Part shown: piece after piece, positions 23,501 through 35,440 of the stretch
Numbering within the stretch: position 1 is the stretch's first letter
Layout of the letters: each line of letters begins with the position of its first letter
Assembly: GCA_002633005.1 (NCBI GenBank)
Contig: NMRA01000072.1
Span: 516,952-580,951, forward strand
From: Phoronis australis
Taxonomy: Eukaryota > Animalia > Phoronida
DNA length: 64,000 nt
Direction: 5' to 3'
Notes under the pieces: generated by a model
What the model was told of the DNA's origin: nothing
Databases searched by the model: none
Seen by the model: only the letters and a program-made list of their open reading frames with translations
Position numbers and translations under genes: made by a program

Positions 23501-24392
23501 CAGATGTCAAATTGTATGCCGAGGCTGTTATCGATCTTATATCAATCTGTCCAAATTTCCAGGTCAGGTCATTTTATGTATTCAAAGCATAGATAGCGGT
23601 AGCCTAAAAGATGACAACAAGTACACGCATCACTTGACTTTCTCTGTGCTACGGCGCATCGCCACATAGGCAACCGCCACATTGTGATTGTCATTTGCAT
23701 TGCCATTGGGGCATTGGTGGCATTGGTCATTGATTGTCCACCCGTTTAGAATAGAAAGCGAAAGTGAATAAGCACCAGATAATCAGACTGCTGATGTAAC
23801 TGGTTCTCAAAATTAGGAACCTCCTAAAGCCTTAGACTTAGTATAGTTCTTTTTGGTAATGTTAACTTATAAGAAGCACCCNTGAGGCTCTAAAATTCAA
23901 ATAACTCGAGAACCACCGAACCGATTTGAAAAATTCAAAAAGTTTTATAAACGGCATGTCTAAAGCTATCATTTAACACTCTTTTCAAGTGTTTCTGATG
24001 AAATTTGTATTTGGGTTTGCTCACCCTACCTACACTGGCAAAGGCAAACCATCAAGTCTGCGTACCTGATGGGACAGTGATTTTGCCAGATTGTGCTAAT
24101 ATACTGAGACAGTCTATTGGATTTTTCACATAGGAAGCCTTTGAACAGATTACATTTTAATGGCTTAACCATCAGAGTCATTTAATTGCCTGCTATATTT
24201 GAACCCACAATCTGTCAAAAATACCTTGAGACTTAGACCCCAACTTGTTCCTTTCTGAGTAATGGAGTGATTTCTGGTCTTGGAAAGAAATGACCCTTTA
24301 TTAGTGCTTGAAACAAGGCTAAAAAGGTTGCTCGGCCAGTATACTGACTAGGTGCACAAACCGGGCTGATTGGCCTACCATGTTGCTTTTGT

Positions 24393-24516
24393 GGCACAAG
24401 TCGGATATAATGGACCCTGACTTAGAGAACCAGTTTCATCCACTAAATAACGGGGCCGTAATTTAGTGGACGAAACTGGTTTTCGAAATCAGAGTCCATT
24501 ATATCTGACTTGTGCC
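24393..24516. mobile_element. 124-bp fold-back MITE, Merlin-like, upstream of the first Rab coding exon
   Basis: 61-nt arms (54/61 complementary) starting GGCACAAGTC, 2-nt spacer; perfect 8-bp TSD GCTTTTGT (24385-24392, 24517-24524). GG termini with an 8-bp TSD fit Merlin. Confidence 0.85.
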
Positions 24517-24802
24517 GCTTTTGTTAAGTAATATTGTGCAAAGAGCTGAGTTGCTCCTGCAATCAAGAGGAATTGGCATGATAACAATCAGAAGTTTTAA
24601 TTGCAGAGGACATGCGATAATACTCATGGAAATCATATTCCCTGTAAGCTAGTTCACGTTAGTCGATATATTTATGGATTAAATTTAAAGTACGTTTTAC
24701 TTCCAGATGATCAATGGCTACACCGTTATGATGCAGTCCTGGTGTTGATAGTCTCAGGAGTAATAATCTTACTCTCTCATTCCTCATCCGTCCATCTCAG
24801 AA

Positions 24803-27800
24803 ATGTCTGGTCCAAGACAATCGTCCAGAGTGTCAAGTGTTGCTGCCATGGATAGGATTATTACACAGTTTCCGCAAGTAATTGGAATTCTCAGTTATAT
24901 ACTACACTCATCTGGTTTGAATTGAGAAACTAAACAATCAGGACTTGGGTTTTGCAGCATGGGCATAGTCATTTAAAAACAATGTTTTTAAGAACTATAG
25001 GGAGGACATTTATGTGAACACCTGTTTTGAGTTATCTTCCTAGAAATTTGTCATTGCGTCAATTACTTGACTTGTAAGGGTAAAAAAAAGGTATGTAAAA
25101 TGTAGATATACTGTTTGATAGCCATAATTCGTGAAAGTGAGATGACTAGACTTGCTCAGGGGAATCACTGATCCTTCTAGGTAGAAGGTTGAGCCTAATG
25201 ACTATATAAATAAGAGGTGTTTTGGTGCAATGGGCCTGACCTATGTGGCCTGTGAAAGTCTGATGCAATTCTGGAATTGGACTGACTGCAATCTTTTTTT
25301 AGTCATAATTCACTTATCTGTGGCCAATGAACAGCATTTTAGGCTCTGAAATTCTTTGTGGCGCTGTTCACTAACCTGGTCACTTTCAAGGAATTAAAGT
25401 CCTGACTACTGTATATGATTAATGGTCGAAGCCGAAACATATGACAAGTCAGGGTGACTTCAACCTACTAGTACTGAATACAAATGACATTTTTCATTTA
25501 CAATCCTTCATAGAATGTAAGCTTATAAATTTTGCGGATAAGTGAATTATTATTTTAATTATTATGACACATGGATAAACAACACAAAAATCTTAATCAG
25601 TAGCTTAATATTTACTATTTGACAGTAAATACAAGCAACTTAACATACACTGATATATCATCAATACTAATTCAGCTCTTCCCGACATCTATGTACAACT
25701 CAACCAACATTTAAAACGTGTAAAACTCTGGACCTTGCTCATTCTATGCAACATCAAACTTTGTGAAGGTGAACAATTTGCTCAAAATGATGTTATGTGT
25801 GATCTGAAATGGAAACAGCATGACTTAGGAGTTGGTGTGTGACTGAAGTCACTGAACAGGAGTGTTTAGAAGTGAAAATTGTGGTCATGTTGGAGGTTAG
25901 GCATTTAGCATAACGTGTTTGTTATCTAGCGACAGTGGGACATATTCTTTCTGCTGTTATGTGATCACTTGTATTCTACCATGTATTTTAGGCCATGCAT
26001 TGCTGTCATGTTGTTCACTTCTTATCATCGCAGCTTTTCACTAAAACAAATTTGAAAAATAATTTTCGTTATACAGTAAGTGTCACATCCACTTTATTCA
26101 TAATAGAATTGTCCTGATTCAGAATGTATTCAACAGTCTCTGTCATGTTGTTTCTAGCCGTATGATTCATCAGCTACACCTTATACAAAATTAGACTTCC
26201 ACAGTAAAGTAAAGACTGCCTGTGCTGAAAACAAAGCAGGGACTATAGGCTTGAAGATATGTAAAGCTGTGATAGTTGGAGATCTGGCTGTGGGCAAGAC
26301 TTGTATCGTAAACAGGTGAAACATCTCTCAGTATTGTTTGGAGGCACTCGCCTCAGGTGTTGTGGTTTAAAACATTTAACACAAGTTGATTACTTCATTG
26401 CAAACATCACTGGTTTGGTGAGTGTCTCGAATGAGAACGGGTTTTTAAATGCAGATACCAATCTGCACTATTGTTTTAACAATTGATACTTAAAGTCAAT
26501 GCTTTCGCGATGATGTGGAACTCAAAATTCACCAGGTGTTGCAAATGAAGGAAGGGATCCTCCTGTACAAATATCTAATGTATGCATTTAGGCAATCATG
26601 AAGGTCCATTGTCAAAAGTACCTCCCATGCTTATGAACTGATTCTGCTCTCAATTTATTCAGATGTCCAAACGATAGACCTTTATTTATATATTCAGTGG
26701 CGCCGACCCGGGCAATTTTCAGTTGCTCATTGCTCATTGTTCTGTTTGAGGCAAAAAGAACTTAGATCAGCTTTAGTGATATTGTTGGAGTTGGCACTAG
26801 TGGTTCTTGTACTGTCTATTGGCAAGATACAAAGTACCAATGAATGGGGTGTGGTTTTAATGTAAAGCTTGATGTACAAAGTTCGCGGTTTTGATGTTGT
26901 ATATGTGGACTGACGGCTGAAATTCGTGAGCCTAGAAAACCCTAAAATCGGGTAGATATGTCAAACTTTTATGGTATGCCCTCTATCAAAGTTGAGTTGG
27001 GTTCTAGAATTCAATGACTACAAACTCCAGAATGCGACTTGAGTGTGTGTTTGATATACTCAACACTGACAAACGTCTTATCCAGTCTTGAAACATTGCA
27101 GCTTAACTAATTTGACTTCTGAAAATAATTGAGATCGAAAAATATTTCATCACAGGAAAAGTATCTGTTAGGGCTATTGCTTTGGTAGTATTCTATATTC
27201 TTATTTTTGTTGTTATTAACTGGAACAATAACAAAGTCGGTAGAAAAAATTATTCCATATTCTTTTTATAGGTTTGTGCACGAGACGTTTGACCGAGATT
27301 ACAAGGCCACAATAGGTGTTGACTTTGAAGTGGAAAAGTTCAGCATACTCTCAATTCCATTCAACTTACAAGTGTGGGACACTGCTGGCCAGGAGAGATT
27401 CAAGTGTATCGCTGCCTCGTATTACAGGGGCTCTAATGGTAATCGACAGCATATGTGTGGTATTGTATGCGTCAAGATGCTATTGTTGCAATATGTGAAA
27501 CCATTATTTTGCGTTAGTGTAGTGCATGGACACTTTGTGTGGTAGAGAACTAGGTGGAGTAAACAAGCCCATTTTTGCCTTGTGCTGTCTAGGGGACCCA
27601 ACAATAAGATACAGATTTTTCTTATGATATCCAGTATGTGAATATAGTGGCATTGTTTGGAGACAGGAGCTTTCAAATTACTCACAAAGTTTTCTTTTAT
27701 CCCACGGATGTTATTTTTACTGGTCAGTCAATGTCTGGGTCATTGGTGATAGTAAAAATTTGCGAATGTACTGGTATTGTGTTGCTTTCATGCTGTTGTG

Positions 27801-30800
27801 CTTATGTTTTCCAGTGATCATAGTTTGCTTTGACCTGAGCGACTATAGCAGCCTGTACCATGCCAAATCCTGGTATGAAGATGCCATGAACAGCGCTTCC
27901 GAACCTCTGGTGTTTCTCGTCGGAACCAAGAAAGACTTAGTGGTAATGACTCCTATGTCTTACTTATCTGTTCTGTGCTTTTTGCCTTTTCTTGTTTTAA
28001 AGTAACATCATTGGTGACAGTGTTGTATATCTGAGATCAACCCGAGAACAGATATGAAGCCTCCGATCTTGGCGGTGACACTCCAATGCTTTGTTGGTAG
28101 AACGAAAAGCCTGAGTTTGGCATGTTGACAAGTATTTTGAGCATATTTAATTGATAAGATCACCAGCCTTGGTTTCATTTAATTTTATTGAATGGCTGGA
28201 AGCCCACGTCGTGAATTCAAGTTGGTGATTTCTAATGAAGTCCTGAAAACTCAACAAATTTTGCTGTTTCATATTCCCTGGTAAAATTAATAACTTCAAG
28301 AAGTCTATCCTACCCAACAATTATCCCAAAAATGCATTTTTTCACTAAAACTGATAATGTTGCTTTAAAGGTGAAGACTGAGATGTTTATTTGTCAAACA
28401 TTTTCAACTGAAGGTGGCCACTTGCACCTGATCTTGCAGCTGAGGCAAGTTGACATCAGTGCACAAATGTCTGAAATGAAATTATAGTTAATTGTCTTCA
28501 AACACTCAATTTTCCAATTTCAGTCAGAGAGTGCTTACCAAAAAATCGAGGCAAGTGCAAAGGAAGTGGCCAAAGAATTAAATGCCGAATACTGGGCCAC
28601 GTCGTCCAAAACCGGTAACTTGCAGTTAAAGTAGAATAAACCTTTAGATGGTTTGAATTCTTAGAATAACTTGTGGAGTGATAATTGGCCGGTTGCATGA
28701 AACAATCCCAAATAGGGACTCGACCAAGTTCCCTAAATCTACTGCGTATTTGTGAGCTTGTGAACACATTGATTGTTCAATCTTTTGCTGTTTGAGTATC
28801 TTCACTATGCCAATTTTTGGCTTTGATACAAATCGAGAATGAACTTTATATTGAATTCTCAATATTATTGAAAATAAGTAGGGATCTTTTCATGCAACGG
28901 CACAATTTAAGGACTAGGTCTTTAACTGTTTTGGTTGAGATAAGGGCTCAAGTTTTAGTTATATTATTAGAAAATGCCATTAGTCAAAGAAGAGCTCATT
29001 ATTAAGATAAAATTATAGAAAAAATATTACACCAGTGCCTGACGAACGAAAGAAACAACCACGAAAAAGATTTAGGGAACTTAGTTGAGTTCCTATTTGG
29101 GACTGTTTCATGCAACCAGCCAAAGAAGTATTAAATTTCTACACTTGGCCTTGCTCATATTGCATTCATATCTTAACCATTGTTTCATGAGGTTCTTACA
29201 CAAATTTATTCTTTGTTAGATTTAAAACAGTGGTCCTAATACACTATTTCATCATTCATTACATCAGATAAACCACGCAGTTTTGTTTATGAAATAAATC
29301 TAATAATTTGTGTACGTTCCATAGTATTGTTTTCATGTTCATAAAAATGTGATGAAAGTGACGAGTCCTTTCAGTCTGTTTATTGTGTGTGTTGAACAAC
29401 TTTACAACCAACCATTTCTCACCATCTTCGTTGAAGTTCATTTGTCAGATATAGTATAAACTACAGTGGACCATGAGATGATCATTTACTGATATTTGTT
29501 ATTTTGAATTATTCTCCTAGAAGATATATTGTAATAACTTTGAGCCCGAAGATTTTATGGTAAGCATCAATCTCAGTACTTGTATACTATATTCTCTTCT
29601 TAGGTATGAGCCCAATTACTCTGAATTAATCAGTATTCTGTTGTATTTCCCAGGAGAGCATGTGAACGAGTTCTTCTTCCGAGCGGTGGCCTTGACTTTT
29701 AATTCACTGCTCCTGAAGGAACTCGATACAAGCAGTACCCAGGCGAAACGAATTGGAGACAACCTCATCAGTAAGTTTGTTGTACAATCTGTATTTCTTT
29801 GAAGACATTTTTAATGACGCTGTTCTACTGTATCTATACAGGCGTGGAAGCTGCTGCAAACACTTGCATTGCTTGTAATACATGGCGAATCTTGTGGTCT
29901 CTTGCGTCATCTTGCGGAGCAGATGTTTACAGCAGCTTCCTTTGCAAGACTCTTGCATCTACGAAATCGGTCAAAAGTATGAGCCAGTGGATTTGGAATT
30001 GGGGAACTCCAAGAACGTGAGTGTGGTTGAACGCGTGTGGGTTTGTTTTGGACGTTTGTACTTGAGCTAGGTAAAACTTTGATTAAATGCAGTCAGTCAA
30101 GGAAAAGCTACAGTGGACAAACACAATGCAGATTATTGTTCTTTGTCATTCCATTCAAGGTCATGTACAGAATGGCTCAAAAACAAACCCCCAATATTTT
30201 GTAGAAAATTCTGAATTCTAATTCTTTTGGAAAGCACAAATTAAACTGGAAGGATGATCCATAAACTGCAATAAGTCCATATTTGACAACAGATTTTTGT
30301 GTAGTTAAATGAAATTGTTTTGAGTTTGGTTTTGGGGTCACCCTGTATATCATGTTAAGTACTTCTTCTGTTCTCAATGTGGCAGACAAGGGTCAACATT
30401 CTCAACTAGTAGTAACTTTTACTCAACTAGCACTAGCATTGCTTGTAGCAGCTTGAAACGAAAGACACCTTGAACGTTAGCATTCTGATATATGTTGCAG
30501 GGTAGTCTGCCTTTGAAAAAGATATGAGCACAATTTTGACAATTCAACCAGCAACTTTGATTGCTTCTTATCCGTTGGAGGATAACAATAGCCACATATC
30601 ACAACTTCAAGACTTTCATGTCTGCTTTCTTTTGTTTGTGGATTAGGAAACAGAGATGGTTGTCAGTGTTGACCATTGCCTGTTTTTGGCAACTTTCCTT
30701 CCCTACCATTTTGGACACCCGGTCTATAAAAACTAACTGTTATTGAAAATTGAAAATGTTCATTTTTTGAACATCAAAAATGATATTTAAATACAACTGA

Positions 30801-31118
30801 AGAAAAGATAAATAATGTGCATTGCAACTGCTGTGTCATTATGTCCCAACCTGTATTGTGCAACATGCCTAAGCAACACAATGAAGCGACATGACTTGTG
30901 TACACCACCACTGACTGATCAGAATGATCTTGATAGCACAAACAATGCAGTAAACTTTACATGGGGGAGTGCATGAATTGTGCATTTTATGCCAAAATCT
31001 GAAGAGTTATCAGATTTTACAGTCCACAACCTTGATGTCTACCAATGTTCTTTTAGCTGTGAAGAAGGATGATTTGTATGAAACGAAAGGCAAAAAGAAA
31101 CTCAAGTGCTGTCAGTAA
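24803..31118 (+). CDS. RAB34: Ras-related protein of the Rab34/Rab36 family (probable pro-orthologue), 7 coding exons, 265 aa
   Basis: Exons: 24803-24877, 26158-26315, 27272-27438, 27815-27942, 28524-28614, 29654-29770, 31057-31118; GT-AG, in phase. Motifs: N-terminal DRIITQFPQ...DFHSKVKTAC (Rab34/36 extension), G1 GDLAVGKT, YKATIGVDFEVEKF, G3 WDTAGQERFKCIAASYYRG, family-typical G4 GTKKD, AEYWATSSKTG, C-terminal KCCQ* prenylation motif. RAB34 versus RAB36 cannot be separated by eye. Confidence 0.93.
28687..29121. mobile_element. PIF/Harbinger-like MITE in a Rab intron
   Basis: 54-bp TIRs 28687-28740 and 29068-29121 (GGCCGGTTGCATGAAAC..., 49/54). TSD not clean, so the superfamily call is tentative. 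Confidence 0.8.
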
Positions 31119-33036
31119 TGCGGTCATCTCTCAGGTCAATCTGCTGGTCAGATGTCAGATCTGAACGTCCAGTGATCCATTTATCCAGGAGCTATTGCTT
31201 GCTTTTCTGTCATGTGATAAATACACAGTGAATCTTGTGTAAGTCTGGTCTAGTGGGCCAGATTTTATCCAGGCAAAACTAAGTCACTCTAATGTGATTG
31301 ACAGAATGCTTAAGCTGGAATAGCTATACTCTAGAACTTTTTCCGAGTTGAACAAAGAACCGACTAGTAGGTAATATTCACTTACAGGGTCCTGCATTTT
31401 GAGAAACAGTTTGACATCTGCTGTTCACTGGAGAAAACTGGTTCTCAAAATGCGGAACCCCTGTTAGTGACTTTTACCGACTTGTGGGTTGTACTGTAGC
31501 ATAAACTGTGCCAAGGGCACATGACTAATACCACATAGGTGGCTTGTGCAATTTCAATTGTGTTTTTCCAACATTCATTTATTGAATTTTGATGCAAAGG
31601 GTATGAAAAGTTTTCTTTGTACCATATATACATGTATTTATGACCATGCATCTGTATTAACTATTTGAAGCTGTGCCTTCATCTGGAATTAGGTGCGAAC
31701 TGTTCGAGTAGTGATTCTTCGATTATAAACATTCCCCCTTTTTTAAAGCATGCCCAGCTTTTTGGCTCATGGTGCAGGTTCGTGCAATTGAAATAGGTTC
31801 CTAAAGTACGGACTTCTAACTCATAATCGTATGGGCCTCAATGCGTGTATATATGGTAACTGTTTCTATGCAATACCGTGTGGGTAAAATATAATTATGT
31901 GGCTGTGATGTATGGTATTGACCAAGTTTTGTTCCGTCCAAGTCTGATCAGATAGGTATACAAATGTATTGAATGGGATACTCTTCCCCAATTATAGAAA
32001 TACGCACGTGTCCTTAATATTAAGAAAAGAGGAGAAGTATTGATACTGAAAACTTGTGATGTGTGTGCATGTGTTTTTGTATGTGGTAAATGGTTGTAGC
32101 CTAGTGAATGCATTGCTCACCGTTCATTCAGTCAATGCCATTTTTTTACACCCTGTCATGTTAAGTAAAGATGTCTGAGGTTCTGATTGAGATGTTGGTT
32201 TTCACCTGTCACAAATGTCTTGCTTCATGCTTAAAACCGCTATTAGCCTGACATCCATAGAAAGACTAACTTTTGATTTAAGTCACTTATTGTCATAAAA
32301 CTGTCTCCGACTTGTTTTTACATTTACAAATACCTGTCCTCAGACTTGACTAAGTCTTGAAACTTAACCAATGACGAAACCTGTTATTTTTCGAGTACTG
32401 TCAAGTTCTCAGTACGGTGATTATACCCCCCTCTCTGAGACCATAAATCACTTGGGATTTGAGTAACATTTTGAGTACAACTTTATTGTAGGTAGTCTGT
32501 TGGAAGTTAGTTTTGTGACTGGAGGAAGGTTTATGTATTCTTTAAGGAAATTTTTTAAGTTGAAGTTTTATTCACTTCTTATTATTTCTTTGCATAAGCG
32601 ATGTTCTATTCATATGGCTTTAGACCAGTTTTGAATGTTTACCATCTTTTTACTGGAAAATGTAACCGTGATAACATTCTAATAGAAAAAGTAACACTGT
32701 ACACTTTTGTCCTTTCTCTCAAACCAGTTTTGTGTATTACAACTAAACTACCATCCACTGTAGTTGCTTTATATTGGCTGGTTATCGTTATGTCCGCACA
32801 TGTTTGGCCTATAATTGTATATTTCTGATTGTTCGACAGTTTTTGGTTTCACAGATGCAAACACTGGGAATGTGCAGATAGTTTTTGGTGAGCTATTCCT
32901 GCATCCTTCACTTATGCTGAAAACAGCAGAGATTAAGTTCACAATGGATTTTGATGAATCTCGAGTGTGATGTATCTTGTTGTTGAGACAGTACAAATTG
33001 GCAGACTGGGTATTGACATCCTATTGTCTATTTTAA

Positions 33037-34173
33037 CCCTTATCCTGCGCTAGGCGAGGTCAGCCGACAAGCCAATTATCCTATTAAAATGCGTTGGGTG
33101 TACTCAATCGCCTATAATAAGCTACGGCTAGACTGCGCAAGGAGGGTGTACTCACCCCAGGACACTGGTGTTTTTCATTCAGAAATTGTGAAAGCCCCGT
33201 ATGCGCATTCCACAGTTCATAGTTTCCTGTACATTTTTCTGATTTACAACATATGGCTGTGGTGAGTTGTTGCCGAGATATTTGAAAGTTTATGCAAGTT
33301 TTATCTTGGCTAGTGCCAAACGTGGTAATGACTGTTGACCAGTTTCTTGAGGAAGTGTTCATGGACTCAGATAGTGAAAACGAGCTTGAATTGGCACTCG
33401 AAAGTGGCGGTGACAGTGACTGGGAAACTAATACAACAGTCACAAGTAATGCAGATTCTATCGATTCGGATCTCAGTGTAATTTTGGAGGAGTTACCGGT
33501 CCCTGAAGCTGAGCTTGGACGGGCCTACAACGATGCTTGCCTCACGCCCTTCGCGCATAATACAGAGCCTCTGAAACATGATGGAACTCAATCAGAACTA
33601 GAAATTTTTGTGACTTTTTCACAAAATAGCTTTGTGTCCCCACATGTGTTTCAAGTTTTTGCACACCAAGATGAACTTCAAAACAGACTTTAGCAAGCGA
33701 CTGCACCAGTCATAAATTTGGTGCAAAGTTGAGGTAGGCCCTATGTTATATACTGTACATTCTTGTTTGTAGATGTGATGTTACAGACAATAAATCTGCT
33801 TTATTAAACATGCAAGCCCCATGAATTCCCTTTTAAAAATCTTATTACGGTTTTTGAGTGTCAGCTATAATGTTCTCATGTGCGAAAACAGATAAAAACA
33901 AAGGGTTCCAGTTTGAAAGTTTATAGAATTGTTTACAGCAAGGCCATGGTAAAGATATGTATATGGTGAAAATCTCCATTAAATTCTGAACAACTTTTGT
34001 GCAGACTACTTTTATGTGAAGTTGACATTACCCCCTTCAAATTTCCAATTTAAAAATGTTAGGACATTAATCTGAGTGACCTTTGTAACAGCCTAGTGCA
34101 TAGCAGCAGTGGTGACCTACTTAGCTCAGCACACAGGGAAAGTTGTCTGAATAGAGGCTTAGCAGGATAAGGG
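33037..34173 (+). mobile_element. internally deleted piggyBac transposon (1137 bp)
   Basis: TTAA|CCCTTATCCTGC (33033-33048) ... GCAGGATAAGGG|TTAA (34162-34177): perfect 12-bp TIR and TTAA TSD. The internal ORF MTVDQFLEEVFMDSDSENE...TPFAHNTEP...SELEIFVTF resembles the acidic N-terminus of piggyBac transposases; the catalytic region is absent. Confidence 0.92.
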
Positions 34174-35434
34174 TTAAGATGCTAACTAACAATTGAGGCA
34201 GAACAACTCGATCAATGGATGTTTGTAGCAGGTAGGGGGCAGCACCAGCCAGGGTTATGACTATTTCAGTGCCCTCAGTGTATGAAACAGTTGACTTGTT
34301 AGAAATGCTCGTCAATACCTCGGCCCTCAACTTCCAGCCAGGCTTGTTGTGTTTAGATGAAACTTGACATGGAGTTATGATGGGAAGGGGCTGGCAAAAA
34401 ACCCCTGGGGTGTGGTTTCTTGAAATTTTACAAAGAAGTTTGAAATAATTAAATTCTGACAGGAGAACCTTGATTTTAACTCTTGCAACTCCCCCCTAAT
34501 TGCCAAAACATTTGATATCCGGAAATCCTTTTTCATATTTTGCACCAAGGTTGTTTTTGTAGCAATATGTGGCAATTTTTTGGGACATTTGTATTTCATG
34601 CTGGAAGCGATCCTCATGTGCCCATGGAGACATCCATTTTTAATGAATTCCCTCAAGTAAAATCTAGCCTCAGAATGTCTGGCCTCAGTCAGTACGGCTT
34701 CATCTGGTAGGCTCAGCTTTTCGTCCTGTAAGGAAAATTTGTGAATACAGAAGTTACTGATTTTAAAAATGTGGATTCAAAAAGTTCTGTCTTGCTGTTT
34801 CATGAAATTTATAGGCGATAAAGAATAGATGATACTTCACACTCCACTTGCCTTCATGTTTTTTTTGAAAACTACAACTTTTCATAGTAATTAACTTGTT
34901 CTCAGTTATCTCCAAGATTTACCTGACATTTCACTTGAGGAGTCCTCCCGACTTACAATCAAGTTGCATTATGTTGACTCGTCCTGTTCAATGAGTCTTG
35001 TGTTAAAGAGAACATTCTGCTAAATTATACTGTTATTTAATTTGTTCACTTTTAAATAGGGGTCAGGTATTCAGTATTGTAGTTTCAATCTACTCGTGGG
35101 GTGCACTGCTCGGAAACCCCGTCAGGCAGCAAAGTTCTCTTAAAGGTAGTTCTTGGGACTATTTTGAAAAACAAAGCCTCAAGGCATGTAACAAACGAGT
35201 ATGTGCATTGTAAAATATTTCAATGTACTCGGGGGTGGATTTTTGTGTGTATACCTATTTGTTGCTTCTTCATTGCTGTTTTCATAGACATGTGCACACC
35301 TTGTGTTGCACATGATTTCCATACCAGTTCCAATTTGAAGGGTACACAACCCAGTGTCATTGCACTGCTTCAGTGTCTTAAGTCATTCTTGTTTTGGAAA
35401 ACAGAAAAAACAGCTACGAATCACAATTTTATAC

Positions 35435-35440
35435 TTTATT
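35435..35440 (-). terminator. probable poly(A) signal of CLUH (about 2.8-kb 3'UTR)
   Basis: AATAAA on the minus strand followed by a T/GT-rich tract. The interval 35440-38249 is U-rich on the sense strand and has no exon-like structure. Inferred, not proven. Confidence 0.55.
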
